Shown here: positions 47,455 through 56,128 of the stretch, piece after piece | How the letters are laid out: every line of letters starts with the position of its first letter | Numbering within the stretch: the stretch's first letter is position 1 | Source: Candidatus Amesbacteria bacterium | GTDB lineage: Bacteria > Patescibacteriota > Microgenomatia > CAZETR01 > Amesbacteraceae | DNA length: 64,000 nt | Direction: 5' to 3' | NCBI GenBank assembly: GCA_027371535.1 | Contig: DAHXMV010000003.1 | Coordinates: 8,047-72,046 of the forward strand | The notes under the pieces: generated by a model | Told to the model about the DNA's origin: nothing | Seen by the model: only the letters and a program-made list of their open reading frames with translations | Databases searched by the model: none | Made by a program: the position numbers and the translations under genes

Positions 47455-48816
47455 CTAATTTTTAATTTTTAATTTTAAATTATCAATTGTCTGACGGATT
47501 CTGGTCAAAACCTCATCACGACCTAAAACAACCATAGTGTCGGTGATGGGAGGAGTAAATCGCGAACCACAAACCGCGATTCTCAAAGCCATAAAAAAAT
47601 CACCGACTTTCCTACCGGAAGCTTTAATATTATCGGTCCAACCGGTTTCGATACCCGTTTTGGACCAATCGGTAACGGAAGTCAGATAATCGTAAGCAGA
47701 AGATAAAAGAAGAAGGTCAGCATCCGGAGCAGTGAAGAGCGCCGGATCAAAAACCGGTAAAGAAAAGAAGAAGGAAGTTAGTCTCGGAAAATCTGATAAT
47801 TTTACCAGCCGGTCCTTTATTAACGGAATTATTTGCATAAGTTTTGTGTCCTCAACATCATTTTTCACGTAAGGTTTCACCAGCCGGGTAATTTCTGTGT
47901 CTGATATTTGACGAATATAATGTCCATTGAACCAATCCAGCTTTTCAGTATGAAAAACCGGGTTGGATTTCTGAAAGCCTTTGGGGTCAAAAGCCCGGAC
48001 AAATTCAGATAAGGTGAATAATTCCCGATTATCTTTGGGAGCCCAACCAAGAAGAATGACAAAATTCAATAAAGCATCAGGAAGATAACCGTCATTTAAA
48101 AATGTTTCACAAAAAACGGAGTCTTTGCGCTTGGAAAGCTTTCCGCCTTTGGGAGACTGAATATCGGTCAGATGGCCAATTTCCGGACGGACACCGCCCA
48201 GGTACTGAAAAACCAATAGATGAATGGGGGTGCTGGGCATCCAGTCGTGGCCTCTTATAATATGACTTATCTGCATATCCAAATCGTCAGTCATAGCAGC
48301 TAAATGATAAGTCGGAAAACCATCGCTTTTAAGCAAAGTAGCGTCATAAACCGTATCAGTACTCCAGGAGACATCCTTATCCAGAACAAAATCATGATAT
48401 GAAACGGTTTCATTGTCCGGAATTTTTAATTTGACAGCCCCCGAGATGTAGCCCCGGTCACGGCAAGGGTCACGCAATTGATTTGAGAAGCCTTCTTCTT
48501 TGGCGTTTTTAGCAGCGCACTGACAATAAAAAGCATGACCTGACGAGATTAATTTTTCGGCAGCTTTGGCGTAAATACCTGCGGCTTTTCTTTCAGACTG
48601 GACATAATATTCATCCCAGGAGATGCCAAATTTTTCCAAAGTATTTTTGATGGCTTCGATTCCGCCCTCTACGTAACGTTCCCTATCAGTGTCCTCAATA
48701 CGTAAAATGAATTTTCCCCCAGTGTTTTTGGCCCAGGCGTAAGGGTAAACTGCGGAACGAAGATTTCCGATGTGTAAAAAACCTGTGGGCGAGGGGGCAA
48801 AACGGGTACGGACCAT
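47455..48816 (-). CDS. gltX: glutamate--tRNA ligase
   Basis: RFAPSPTG, HIGN, LRIEDTD, KLSKR. Confidence 0.97.
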   Translation of the reverse strand: MVRTRFAPSPTGFLHIGNLRSAVYPYAWAKNTGGKFILRIEDTDRERYVEGGIEAIKNTLEKFGISWDEYYVQSERKAAGIYAKAAEKLISSGHAFYCQCAAKNAKEEGFSNQLRDPCRDRGYISGAVKLKIPDNETVSYHDFVLDKDVSWSTDTVYDATLLKSDGFPTYHLAAMTDDLDMQISHIIRGHDWMPSTPIHLLVFQYLGGVRPEIGHLTDIQSPKGGKLSKRKDSVFCETFLNDGYLPDALLNFVILLGWAPKDNRELFTLSEFVRAFDPKGFQKSNPVFHTEKLDWFNGHYIRQISDTEITRLVKPYVKNDVEDTKLMQIIPLIKDRLVKLSDFPRLTSFFFSLPVFDPALFTAPDADLLLLSSAYDYLTSVTDWSKTGIETGWTDNIKASGRKVGDFFMALRIAVCGSRFTPPITDTMVVLGRDEVLTRIRQTIDNLKLKIKN

Positions 48817-48834
48817 GATAAAATGAATTTTAGC

Positions 48835-49920
48835 ATGGCCACCCTGACTGAAGTAAGCCAGATTTCCAAAAAAATCATCAAGTGGGGAATTATTATGCTG
48901 GTAATCATTTCCCTGATCCCGGGAATATTGGCGATAATAAACAAGGTATATTTGGTCATGAATCCCCCACCTCCGCCACCTCCGACCGTTAAATACGGCA
49001 AATTACCGCCACTGGTTTTTCCACAGGCGGCCCAGACAGCCACACCGGCGTACACTCTGCAAACCATTTCCGGCTCCCTGCCTTCTCTGCCCAATGTTAG
49101 CAAGGTTTATCCCGTCGGAGTAAATAAATCCAGACTTTTGGAACTGCAGAGGATGACCGACAGGGCCAAGATATTCGGAATGATAAATGACCCTATCCAG
49201 CTGAATGATGTGACTTACAGATTTACGAATCCCAGAGCACCGATTGACATGGTTTATAACGTCATCACCGGCGGGATATCATACAGGTATGACTGGACCA
49301 TAGATACGACAATTTATTCCAACTTTAACGTTCCCGATAAGCAGTCTGCTGTCAAGGAAGCCCGGTCGTTTCTTGACAGGATGGGGGTGCTGCCGGCAGA
49401 TCTGGCCAACGGAGACAGTAATGTCATATATCTGGCAGCAACTGCATCGGCTATGGTGCCCGCATTGTCTTCATATGAAGCTAATTTTGTGCGGGTGGAT
49501 TTATTCCGGGCTGAAAAAGACGAAAAAATTCCGGGTGTCGGCCAAACTGTGACGATGAAATTCGTGACTGCCGGAGGAGACACGTCGCCGGTAAACGTGA
49601 TAATTTCGGGAGTTGACGGCGACGGCAGAATTGTCCAGGCGAATTATTATTACTCTCAAATTTTGGGTGACGACTGGGCCACTTATCCTTTGAAATCCGT
49701 TCAAAACGCCTGGAAAGAACTCACTTCCGGAGGCGGTTATATTGCCAAACGGACGGCTCAAACCCAAGTGACAATCCGGCATGTGACAATGGCATATTAT
49801 GAATCCAGCCAGCAACAGGATTTTATTCAGCCGGTATATGTATTTGACGGCGACCAGGGTTTTATGGCCTATGTGTCAGCTATCGACCCGAACTGGATAG
49901 AGACTTCGACGTCCAAGTAA
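48835..49920 (+). CDS. membrane-anchored conserved hypothetical protein
   Basis: MATLTE start, TM, poly-Pro, YGKLP, AYYE..QPVYVF.G. Confidence 0.75.
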   Translation: MATLTEVSQISKKIIKWGIIMLVIISLIPGILAIINKVYLVMNPPPPPPPTVKYGKLPPLVFPQAAQTATPAYTLQTISGSLPSLPNVSKVYPVGVNKSRLLELQRMTDRAKIFGMINDPIQLNDVTYRFTNPRAPIDMVYNVITGGISYRYDWTIDTTIYSNFNVPDKQSAVKEARSFLDRMGVLPADLANGDSNVIYLAATASAMVPALSSYEANFVRVDLFRAEKDEKIPGVGQTVTMKFVTAGGDTSPVNVIISGVDGDGRIVQANYYYSQILGDDWATYPLKSVQNAWKELTSGGGYIAKRTAQTQVTIRHVTMAYYESSQQQDFIQPVYVFDGDQGFMAYVSAIDPNWIETSTSK

Positions 49921-50860
49921 AATTTGAATAGATCCAATCTATTATATGAGTGGTATCGGTAAAACGGTCCGTACTGCCTAAAAGGGCAATGATGACTTCG
50001 TGATTATCGCGGTTGACCATAGTAATCAGCGATTCACCGGCCTTGTCGGTAAAACCCGTCTTGACCCCCAAAACTCCTTTGACCCTACCCAGCAATTGAT
50101 TGACATTGGCCAAGGGTTTGGAAACTGAATAATCGGTAGTGGAGATAACTGCATTTTCGGTGGCTACAATTTTTGCCAGATAAGGAAAACCGAGCAGATA
50201 ATCAGCCAGGTGGGCCAGGTCCGAAGCAGAAGAATAATGGCCATCCTGGTCCAAGCCGGTGGGATTTAAAAAATGGGTGTGAGACAGATGAAGCCGGCCT
50301 GCTTTGGCATTCATGGCCAGGATAAAGCCGGTTTTGCCTGTGGGATAGGCATCAGCTAAGTCTTCCGCGGCGTCATTAGCCGACTGAATCAGCAAAGCAT
50401 ATAAAAGATTCCCCACGGTGACTTTTTCGCCCGGCACAAGACCGATATTGGAACCTTCAGGATAAGCAGACTGAATCGTGACCGGCTGGTCCAGCTGATA
50501 ATTTTCATACGCGACGATAGCCGTCATCATTTTTGTGGTGGAAGCAGGATAAATCTGATCATCGGCATTTTTGGAATACATAACGAGACCGGAATTGTGA
50601 TCCATAACAAAAATATTTTTGGCAGACACATTAGGAGGGGGGGTTCCATGATCAACCGGGGCAATCACCGGGGTGGGGACCGGAGAGGGGGTGCCTGCCC
50701 AGGCTTGAACCCGGGATGGGGTGCCGGCAATTACTTTGGACGGTGATTGAAAATAGGAACCGACTTTCCAAATCAGGGAAAAAAATATAATGAGGATTAA
50801 AATACCCCTTAAGAGTGCAAAATAATCCAATTTTAAAATCCAAGATTTGCGGGTGGGCAT
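49880..50860 (-). CDS. D-alanyl-D-alanine carboxypeptidase (peptidase S11)
   Basis: PASTTK (SxxK), SANDA (SxN), NPTGLD, KTG. Confidence 0.93.
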   Translation of the reverse strand: MPTRKSWILKLDYFALLRGILILIIFFSLIWKVGSYFQSPSKVIAGTPSRVQAWAGTPSPVPTPVIAPVDHGTPPPNVSAKNIFVMDHNSGLVMYSKNADDQIYPASTTKMMTAIVAYENYQLDQPVTIQSAYPEGSNIGLVPGEKVTVGNLLYALLIQSANDAAEDLADAYPTGKTGFILAMNAKAGRLHLSHTHFLNPTGLDQDGHYSSASDLAHLADYLLGFPYLAKIVATENAVISTTDYSVSKPLANVNQLLGRVKGVLGVKTGFTDKAGESLITMVNRDNHEVIIALLGSTDRFTDTTHIIDWIYSNFTWTSKSLSSSGR

Positions 50861-50878
50861 TTTTTCTTTTGAAGGAGA

Positions 50879-52225
50879 TTATACTCCCGCACGTTGGCGG
50901 GGTTTTTTGAGAGCGGAAAGACGGACATCAACCCGTTCCATATCTCTGGGGAACATAGAAGCTTCACGGATATTAGCTAATTCTAAAATTAACATAGTAA
51001 ATCTCTCCAAACCAAAGGAAAATCCCCCTTCAGGCGGCATGCCATACTTGAAAGCCTGGAGATACATCACGAAATCATCCGGGTTTAATCCCCGGCTTTT
51101 CATAGCTGCCAGCAATTGATCGTAATTATTAATTCTCTGGGAACCGCTTAAAAGCTCCACTCCCCTGAAAATCAAGTCATAGCTTAAAGAATATTCCGGA
51201 TTTTGGGGGTCCGGCATGGTATAGAAAGCCCGTTTTTGGGTGGGATAGTGAGTGATAGTGACAAAATCCGAATGATGAACCTCCCTGGCCCAGCGCCAGA
51301 TTTCCTTTTCGTCTTCCGGCATAAGATCTTTTTCCAGGGTATGATCCACACCTGTCCGTTGTTTGATAATTTCCTGGGCTTCCCGCATTTTCAGGCGCGG
51401 AATTTGGGGCGGAATCCAGGCCGGGGCAATACCAAACCGGGAAAGAATTCCGGCACAATTTTCAGTAACATGTTTGACGGTACGACTCCCCACAAACTCG
51501 AGGGCGTCCATAAGTTCGGTAAAATCTGCATACCCGATCTCGCAGTCCAATTGGGTGCTTTCGGAAAGATGGCGGGTGGTGACCGAAGGCTCCGAACGGT
51601 AAATATGAGCTATGGTGTACACCCGTTCATAAGAGGGTACCAGCATTTGTTTATAGAGTTGGGGGCTTTGGGTCAAAAAGGCTGAATGACCATAATAATT
51701 GACTTTAAATACTTCCGCCCCACCCTCTGTGGCCGAGGCAGAAATGGTGGGAACAACAATTTCAATACAACCCAGTTCCCGGGCGGCCAGACGAAAACCC
51801 TCAAGGACCGCGGCCTGGACCAGAAAAATGTCGCTAATACGGGGGTGTCTGAGAGACAGGGTCCGGTTATCCAGCAAAGTCGGAAGCTGTAACTCCAATA
51901 CCTGCTGACCCATATCGAACGGCAGCTCGGCGGCTTTTTCAATGAGGGTGACATTTTGGGCTTCGATCTCGACCGCACCGGTGGCCAGCCTGGGGTTGAC
52001 CAGTTTCTCCGGGCGGGCTTTGACCAAGCCTGTGATATACACCACGTCCTCCGGGCGGAGGCTGCCGGCCTGATCGCCGGTCATAACCACCTGAATTAAG
52101 CCGGTACGGTCACGCAGGTCGATAAACACAATTTTACCGTGATCCCGCCGGGTATTAACCCAGCCTTTTAAAAGGACTGTTTCACCGATTTTATGGGTAG
52201 TTTCCGAGGATAAAGTGCGGTCCAT
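50879..52225 (-). CDS. aspS: aspartate--tRNA ligase, archaeal/non-discriminating type
   Basis: OB fold FIDLRD, QSPQLYKQ, R.E.S.T.RHL.E, SGSQR, GMPPEGG..GLER. Confidence 0.93.
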   Translation of the reverse strand: MDRTLSSETTHKIGETVLLKGWVNTRRDHGKIVFIDLRDRTGLIQVVMTGDQAGSLRPEDVVYITGLVKARPEKLVNPRLATGAVEIEAQNVTLIEKAAELPFDMGQQVLELQLPTLLDNRTLSLRHPRISDIFLVQAAVLEGFRLAARELGCIEIVVPTISASATEGGAEVFKVNYYGHSAFLTQSPQLYKQMLVPSYERVYTIAHIYRSEPSVTTRHLSESTQLDCEIGYADFTELMDALEFVGSRTVKHVTENCAGILSRFGIAPAWIPPQIPRLKMREAQEIIKQRTGVDHTLEKDLMPEDEKEIWRWAREVHHSDFVTITHYPTQKRAFYTMPDPQNPEYSLSYDLIFRGVELLSGSQRINNYDQLLAAMKSRGLNPDDFVMYLQAFKYGMPPEGGFSFGLERFTMLILELANIREASMFPRDMERVDVRLSALKKPRQRAGV

Positions 52226-52267
52226 GATCTTGATTTTAGCATGGATCTTGGCTATAATATAAGCTCC

Positions 52268-52345
52268 ATGAGAGCTTTAATTACCTCCAATATGCAGCTG
52301 ACCCTGATTCAGGGCGGCCTGCGCATGCTTTGCGTCAAAGCATAA
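52268..52345 (+). CDS. putative leader peptide MRALITSNMQLTLIQGGLRMLCVKA
   Basis: 25-aa ORF 9 nt after TATAAT, followed by an antiterminator/terminator pair. Confidence 0.4.
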   Translation: MRALITSNMQLTLIQGGLRMLCVKA

Positions 52346-52391
52346 AGGGAGGCAATTTTAGAATTTAAAATTTAAAATTAAAAAAATAGAA

Positions 52392-52416
52392 GCCTCCCCA
52401 AAAAGGAGGTTTTTTT
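52392..52416 (+). terminator. intrinsic terminator (attenuator-like)
   Basis: GCCTCC-ccaaaaa-GGAGGT + T run; upstream GGGAGGC (52347-52353) can pair with GCCTCCC instead. Confidence 0.7.
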
Positions 52417-52419
52417 GTT

Positions 52420-52617
52420 GTGACAAACCAAGAAACCAAAAACCCATTAGGAATACTGCTCAATGTGCCTGATCAAAAAGTCGGCAGGGCCATGGAAAGC
52501 ATGTCTAACAGCGGCAATGAAACCACCAGGCAATTGATCGGGGAAGTCAAGTCACGGTTTGAAACAACCCATGCACCAATCAAACAGATCATTTCAGATT
52601 TATTAAAAGGTAAATAA
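52420..52617 (+). CDS. small hypothetical protein
   Basis: 65-aa ORF immediately after the terminator. Confidence 0.5.
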   Translation: MTNQETKNPLGILLNVPDQKVGRAMESMSNSGNETTRQLIGEVKSRFETTHAPIKQIISDLLKGK

Positions 52618-52822
52618 AGGGGGTGAAAATTTGTGGCAGGAAAAGAAGATAAAAGATTTATTCCCAAAGACAGCCCTGAATGGCAGGTAATCGTGCTCCG
52701 GGAAAAAATGGCCAGCCCGGGGGTCTTGGCCATTGTAGCGCTTTGGTTGAAAAATTTAATAAATAAAGATAACAAGGTTCTCAAAATTAGAAAATAGAAC
52801 CGGCATAGTATAATCAAAACCT

Positions 52823-53029
52823 ATGCCGGAAGGAGATAAGAGCCTAAAGAGTCCTACAGCCAAAGAATCAAATGAGTTTACGACCCAGGACATGCTGTTA
52901 ACCGTATACGGGTTAGCTTACCCCGGGTTGGGTGTGGAAGTGGAAAAAATTCCCCAAAAGCGAAAGCTTTTTCAGGTGACTTTGTATGACCAATCGGGAA
53001 ACAGGGTGAGCAGGTTTGAGATGACTTAG
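52823..53029 (+). CDS. small hypothetical protein
   Basis: 68-aa ORF, TATAAT 8 nt upstream. Confidence 0.55.
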   Translation: MPEGDKSLKSPTAKESNEFTTQDMLLTVYGLAYPGLGVEVEKIPQKRKLFQVTLYDQSGNRVSRFEMT

Positions 53030-53031
53030 GG

Positions 53032-54513
53032 TCAGGAGACTTTTTTGGAAATTTCACGGCGGGCGGTGGCGGTAACAATAAAATCCAACCAGTGGGGATT
53101 GGGGATTTTACGCTTACGGTCCAACAAAATTTCCACCACATCGCCGTTTTGGAGCTTTTCGTCCAACTGGACCATTTTACCGTTGACCCGGGCTCCGGCA
53201 GTCTCGGGACCCAAACCGGTATGGACGGCATAAGCAAAATCGACAGGGGTGCTGCCGGCCGGCAAGTCATAAACATCACCGTTTGGGGAAAATACCAGCA
53301 AACGGTGCTGCAGGGCGTCAAATTTTAAGGATTTCAAGTATTCATCGTTGTCTTTGATGTCCTGCTGCCAAACAGCCAACTGCCTGATCCAATCCAATTT
53401 GCCTTTGGGAGCAAAAGTGCCTTCTTTTTCCAGGACTTTATCCGACAGCCCCCGGTCTTTGGCGGCAGAATATTGCCAGTGGGCAGCGATACCCATTTCT
53501 GCCTGATGATGCATCTCCTCCGTCCTAATCTGGAGCTCGACTATCCGCCCCTGCGGGCCAAAAACCTTGGTATGCAATGACTGATAACCGTTGGGCTTGG
53601 GGGTGGCGATAAAATCGGAGATACCCAGATACGGCACAGGGTGAAATTTTTCATGAATCAACCCCAAAGCCGCATAACATTCGGTCTTGGTACTGACAAT
53701 AATCCGGGCGGCAAACAGGTCGTGAATTTTACCCAAGTCGCCGGAGATTTCCGGACGCTGGAGCTTTTTAAACAGGCTGTACAGGTGTTTCTGGCGGGTA
53801 TTGATAACCGCGCCGGGAATGACTGGTTTGATTAAAGCCAGCAGTTCGCGTCTGAATTTATCAATATATTCGGAACCGGAAGCAATGAGGGGTTTGATAT
53901 AACGTTTCAGTTGGGCCGCCTCTTCGGGATAGACATAAGGGAAAGCCAGATCTTCCAGCTCGCCTTTGATTTCCCCCATCCCCAACCTCTCAGCCAGCGG
54001 GGCGTAAATTTCCAGAGTCTCGCGGGCATTTTCAAGCTGCTTTTCGGGAGACAAAACCCAAAGCGTCTGCAAATTATGCAGCCGGTCGGCCAGCTTAACC
54101 AGAATGACACGCAGGTCCCTGGCCATCACCAGGAGCATTTTGCGGAGATTTTCCACAAATTCCTCCTGGGTACTGCCTTTTAAACGGATGCCGGTAATTT
54201 TGGTGACCCCATCGACAATCCGGGCGACTTCCCCGCCGAAATTTTTGACCAATTCATCCTGCGTAACCGGGGTGTCCTCTACCACATCATGCAATAAACC
54301 GGCGATAATCGTGGCCGTATCCATATTCCACCGGCTTAAAGTAACAGCCACGGCCGTGGGGTGGGTAATGTAGGGCGGGCCGGAAAGCCGTTTTTGGCCG
54401 GCATGAGCTGCGGCGGCAAAATTCCAGGCGGCGGTAATTTTTTCCACATCTACCGAACGGGAATCGGATTTTAAAGCTGCCAACAGATCGTTTAAGTCAG
54501 ATTCGTGTTTCAT
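53032..54513 (-). CDS. rel: RelA/SpoT (p)ppGpp synthetase/hydrolase (HD-SYNTH-TGS)
   Basis: PYITHP, HDVVED, KLADRLHN, NGYQSLH, ELQIRT, DFAYAVHT. Confidence 0.95.
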   Translation of the reverse strand: MKHESDLNDLLAALKSDSRSVDVEKITAAWNFAAAAHAGQKRLSGPPYITHPTAVAVTLSRWNMDTATIIAGLLHDVVEDTPVTQDELVKNFGGEVARIVDGVTKITGIRLKGSTQEEFVENLRKMLLVMARDLRVILVKLADRLHNLQTLWVLSPEKQLENARETLEIYAPLAERLGMGEIKGELEDLAFPYVYPEEAAQLKRYIKPLIASGSEYIDKFRRELLALIKPVIPGAVINTRQKHLYSLFKKLQRPEISGDLGKIHDLFAARIIVSTKTECYAALGLIHEKFHPVPYLGISDFIATPKPNGYQSLHTKVFGPQGRIVELQIRTEEMHHQAEMGIAAHWQYSAAKDRGLSDKVLEKEGTFAPKGKLDWIRQLAVWQQDIKDNDEYLKSLKFDALQHRLLVFSPNGDVYDLPAGSTPVDFAYAVHTGLGPETAGARVNGKMVQLDEKLQNGDVVEILLDRKRKIPNPHWLDFIVTATARREISKKVS

Positions 54514-56111
54514 ACAGCAGATTTTAGTTCCCGGATGATAAGTTGCAAGTTGGTCCGGCCGTTCCAGGTGTGGGAGTCCAGCTGATAAGTCAAATCAGCG
54601 GCGGTTAAATCGTTTTCCAACCCAGCCGGAGCATTAAAATAAATTGCTTCCAGACCGGAAGCATTAAACCTGAGGTGGCGGGCTCCCGTGCCGATGCGTC
54701 TGGCGAAATTTACCGGCATGCCGAAAGACATTAATACAGGCCTGGGGTTTCCCAAACCAAAAGGGGCAAAATCAGACAGTCTAAGATATAAATCGAGCCC
54801 CAAAAGCTCCGCGGGTATTTGAGCATCGATACGCTGATTTCTGACTAAAACCCGGTCCGGAACCGCAGTCCGGCTAATTTCAATAATCCGGGATTTTAAC
54901 TCGTTTAGTTTGGCGGTGGGGACAGAAAACCCAGCCGCCATACTGTGACCGCCGACGGAAGTTAAAATGTCAGGAAATTGCCGCAGAAATTCGGTGATAT
55001 GAAAACCGGTTACTGATCTGGCTGAAGCCTTACTGACCTCGGCGCCGACACTGACAGCGATAGCCGGACGATAATATTTTTCCACAAGCTTTGAAGCAAT
55101 CAGACCGACGATGCCTTCATCATATTGGGAGTCGGCAACCATAAGAATTCCCGGCAAATTCAAGGGGTCAAATTGGGCCAGGGCGTGATCGGCGGATTTT
55201 TGAGTAAGTTCCTGGCGATGACGATTGGTGTCAGCCAATAATTTGGCTAAATCCGCGGCTTTTTGAGAGTCAGTAGTACACAGCAGACGCAGACTGTCCA
55301 AAGCATGCCCCAGACGTCCCATGGCATTTAGCCGGGGGCCGATGACAAAACCCACTTCATATGCGCCGATTCCACCAGGGCTGAGGCCGGCTTCGGAAAA
55401 CAGGGCTAACAGACCGGGCCTGGCGGTGGCATTTAACTGAGACAGGCCCCATTTGGCCAGACTGCGGTTGATCCCCAACAGCGGCACCAGGTCGCAAATA
55501 ACGGAGATGGCAGCAAATGTTAATAACTCTGATTCATGATTTAAGAATGATGATTCACGATTTTTGAGAAATTCGCGGATAAAGAACCAGGAAATACCGG
55601 CAGCACTGGTTTGGGTGGTGTGCAAGATAGCATCCGCCCGGGGAATTTCGGAGCCGGCTTCGTGGTGGTCGATGATAATTATCTGACAACCGCGGCTGTG
55701 GCAATAATCTACCGCCTTACCAGCCACAATACCGCTGTCGACCACGATAATCAGGCGGGCGCCTTTTTCCAGACAACGGTCGATACCGGTTTTAGTCAGG
55801 CCATAACCTTCTTCACGGCGGTGGGGAATATAAGGAAAAACAGATTTGGTAAAGCCATACAGAGTTTCCCAAATAATGGCCGTGGAACAGATACCGTCTA
55901 CGTCGTAATCACCGTAAATAGCAATTGAGTTATTAGTTGTCAGTTGTTGGTTGATAACAGAGATAGCAGAAGAAACGGCGGATTCAGAAAGACCGACAAC
56001 GGAAAGAGGAATATCCAGAGGATTCGGGGGGTGGAAAAATGCTTCGACCAGCCCGGGGCTATCCAGCCCGCGATTTTTGAGCAGGATTGAGATTAATTCA
56101 TCGGCGGTCAT
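54510..56111 (-). CDS. recJ: single-stranded-DNA exonuclease
   Basis: YGDYDVDG, VDSG, IDHH, PRLNAMGR, GGHSMAAG, PFGLGNP. Confidence 0.96.
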   Translation of the reverse strand: MTADELISILLKNRGLDSPGLVEAFFHPPNPLDIPLSVVGLSESAVSSAISVINQQLTTNNSIAIYGDYDVDGICSTAIIWETLYGFTKSVFPYIPHRREEGYGLTKTGIDRCLEKGARLIIVVDSGIVAGKAVDYCHSRGCQIIIIDHHEAGSEIPRADAILHTTQTSAAGISWFFIREFLKNRESSFLNHESELLTFAAISVICDLVPLLGINRSLAKWGLSQLNATARPGLLALFSEAGLSPGGIGAYEVGFVIGPRLNAMGRLGHALDSLRLLCTTDSQKAADLAKLLADTNRHRQELTQKSADHALAQFDPLNLPGILMVADSQYDEGIVGLIASKLVEKYYRPAIAVSVGAEVSKASARSVTGFHITEFLRQFPDILTSVGGHSMAAGFSVPTAKLNELKSRIIEISRTAVPDRVLVRNQRIDAQIPAELLGLDLYLRLSDFAPFGLGNPRPVLMSFGMPVNFARRIGTGARHLRFNASGLEAIYFNAPAGLENDLTAADLTYQLDSHTWNGRTNLQLIIRELKSAV

Positions 56112-56128
56112 GCTACAATTTTAACAGG

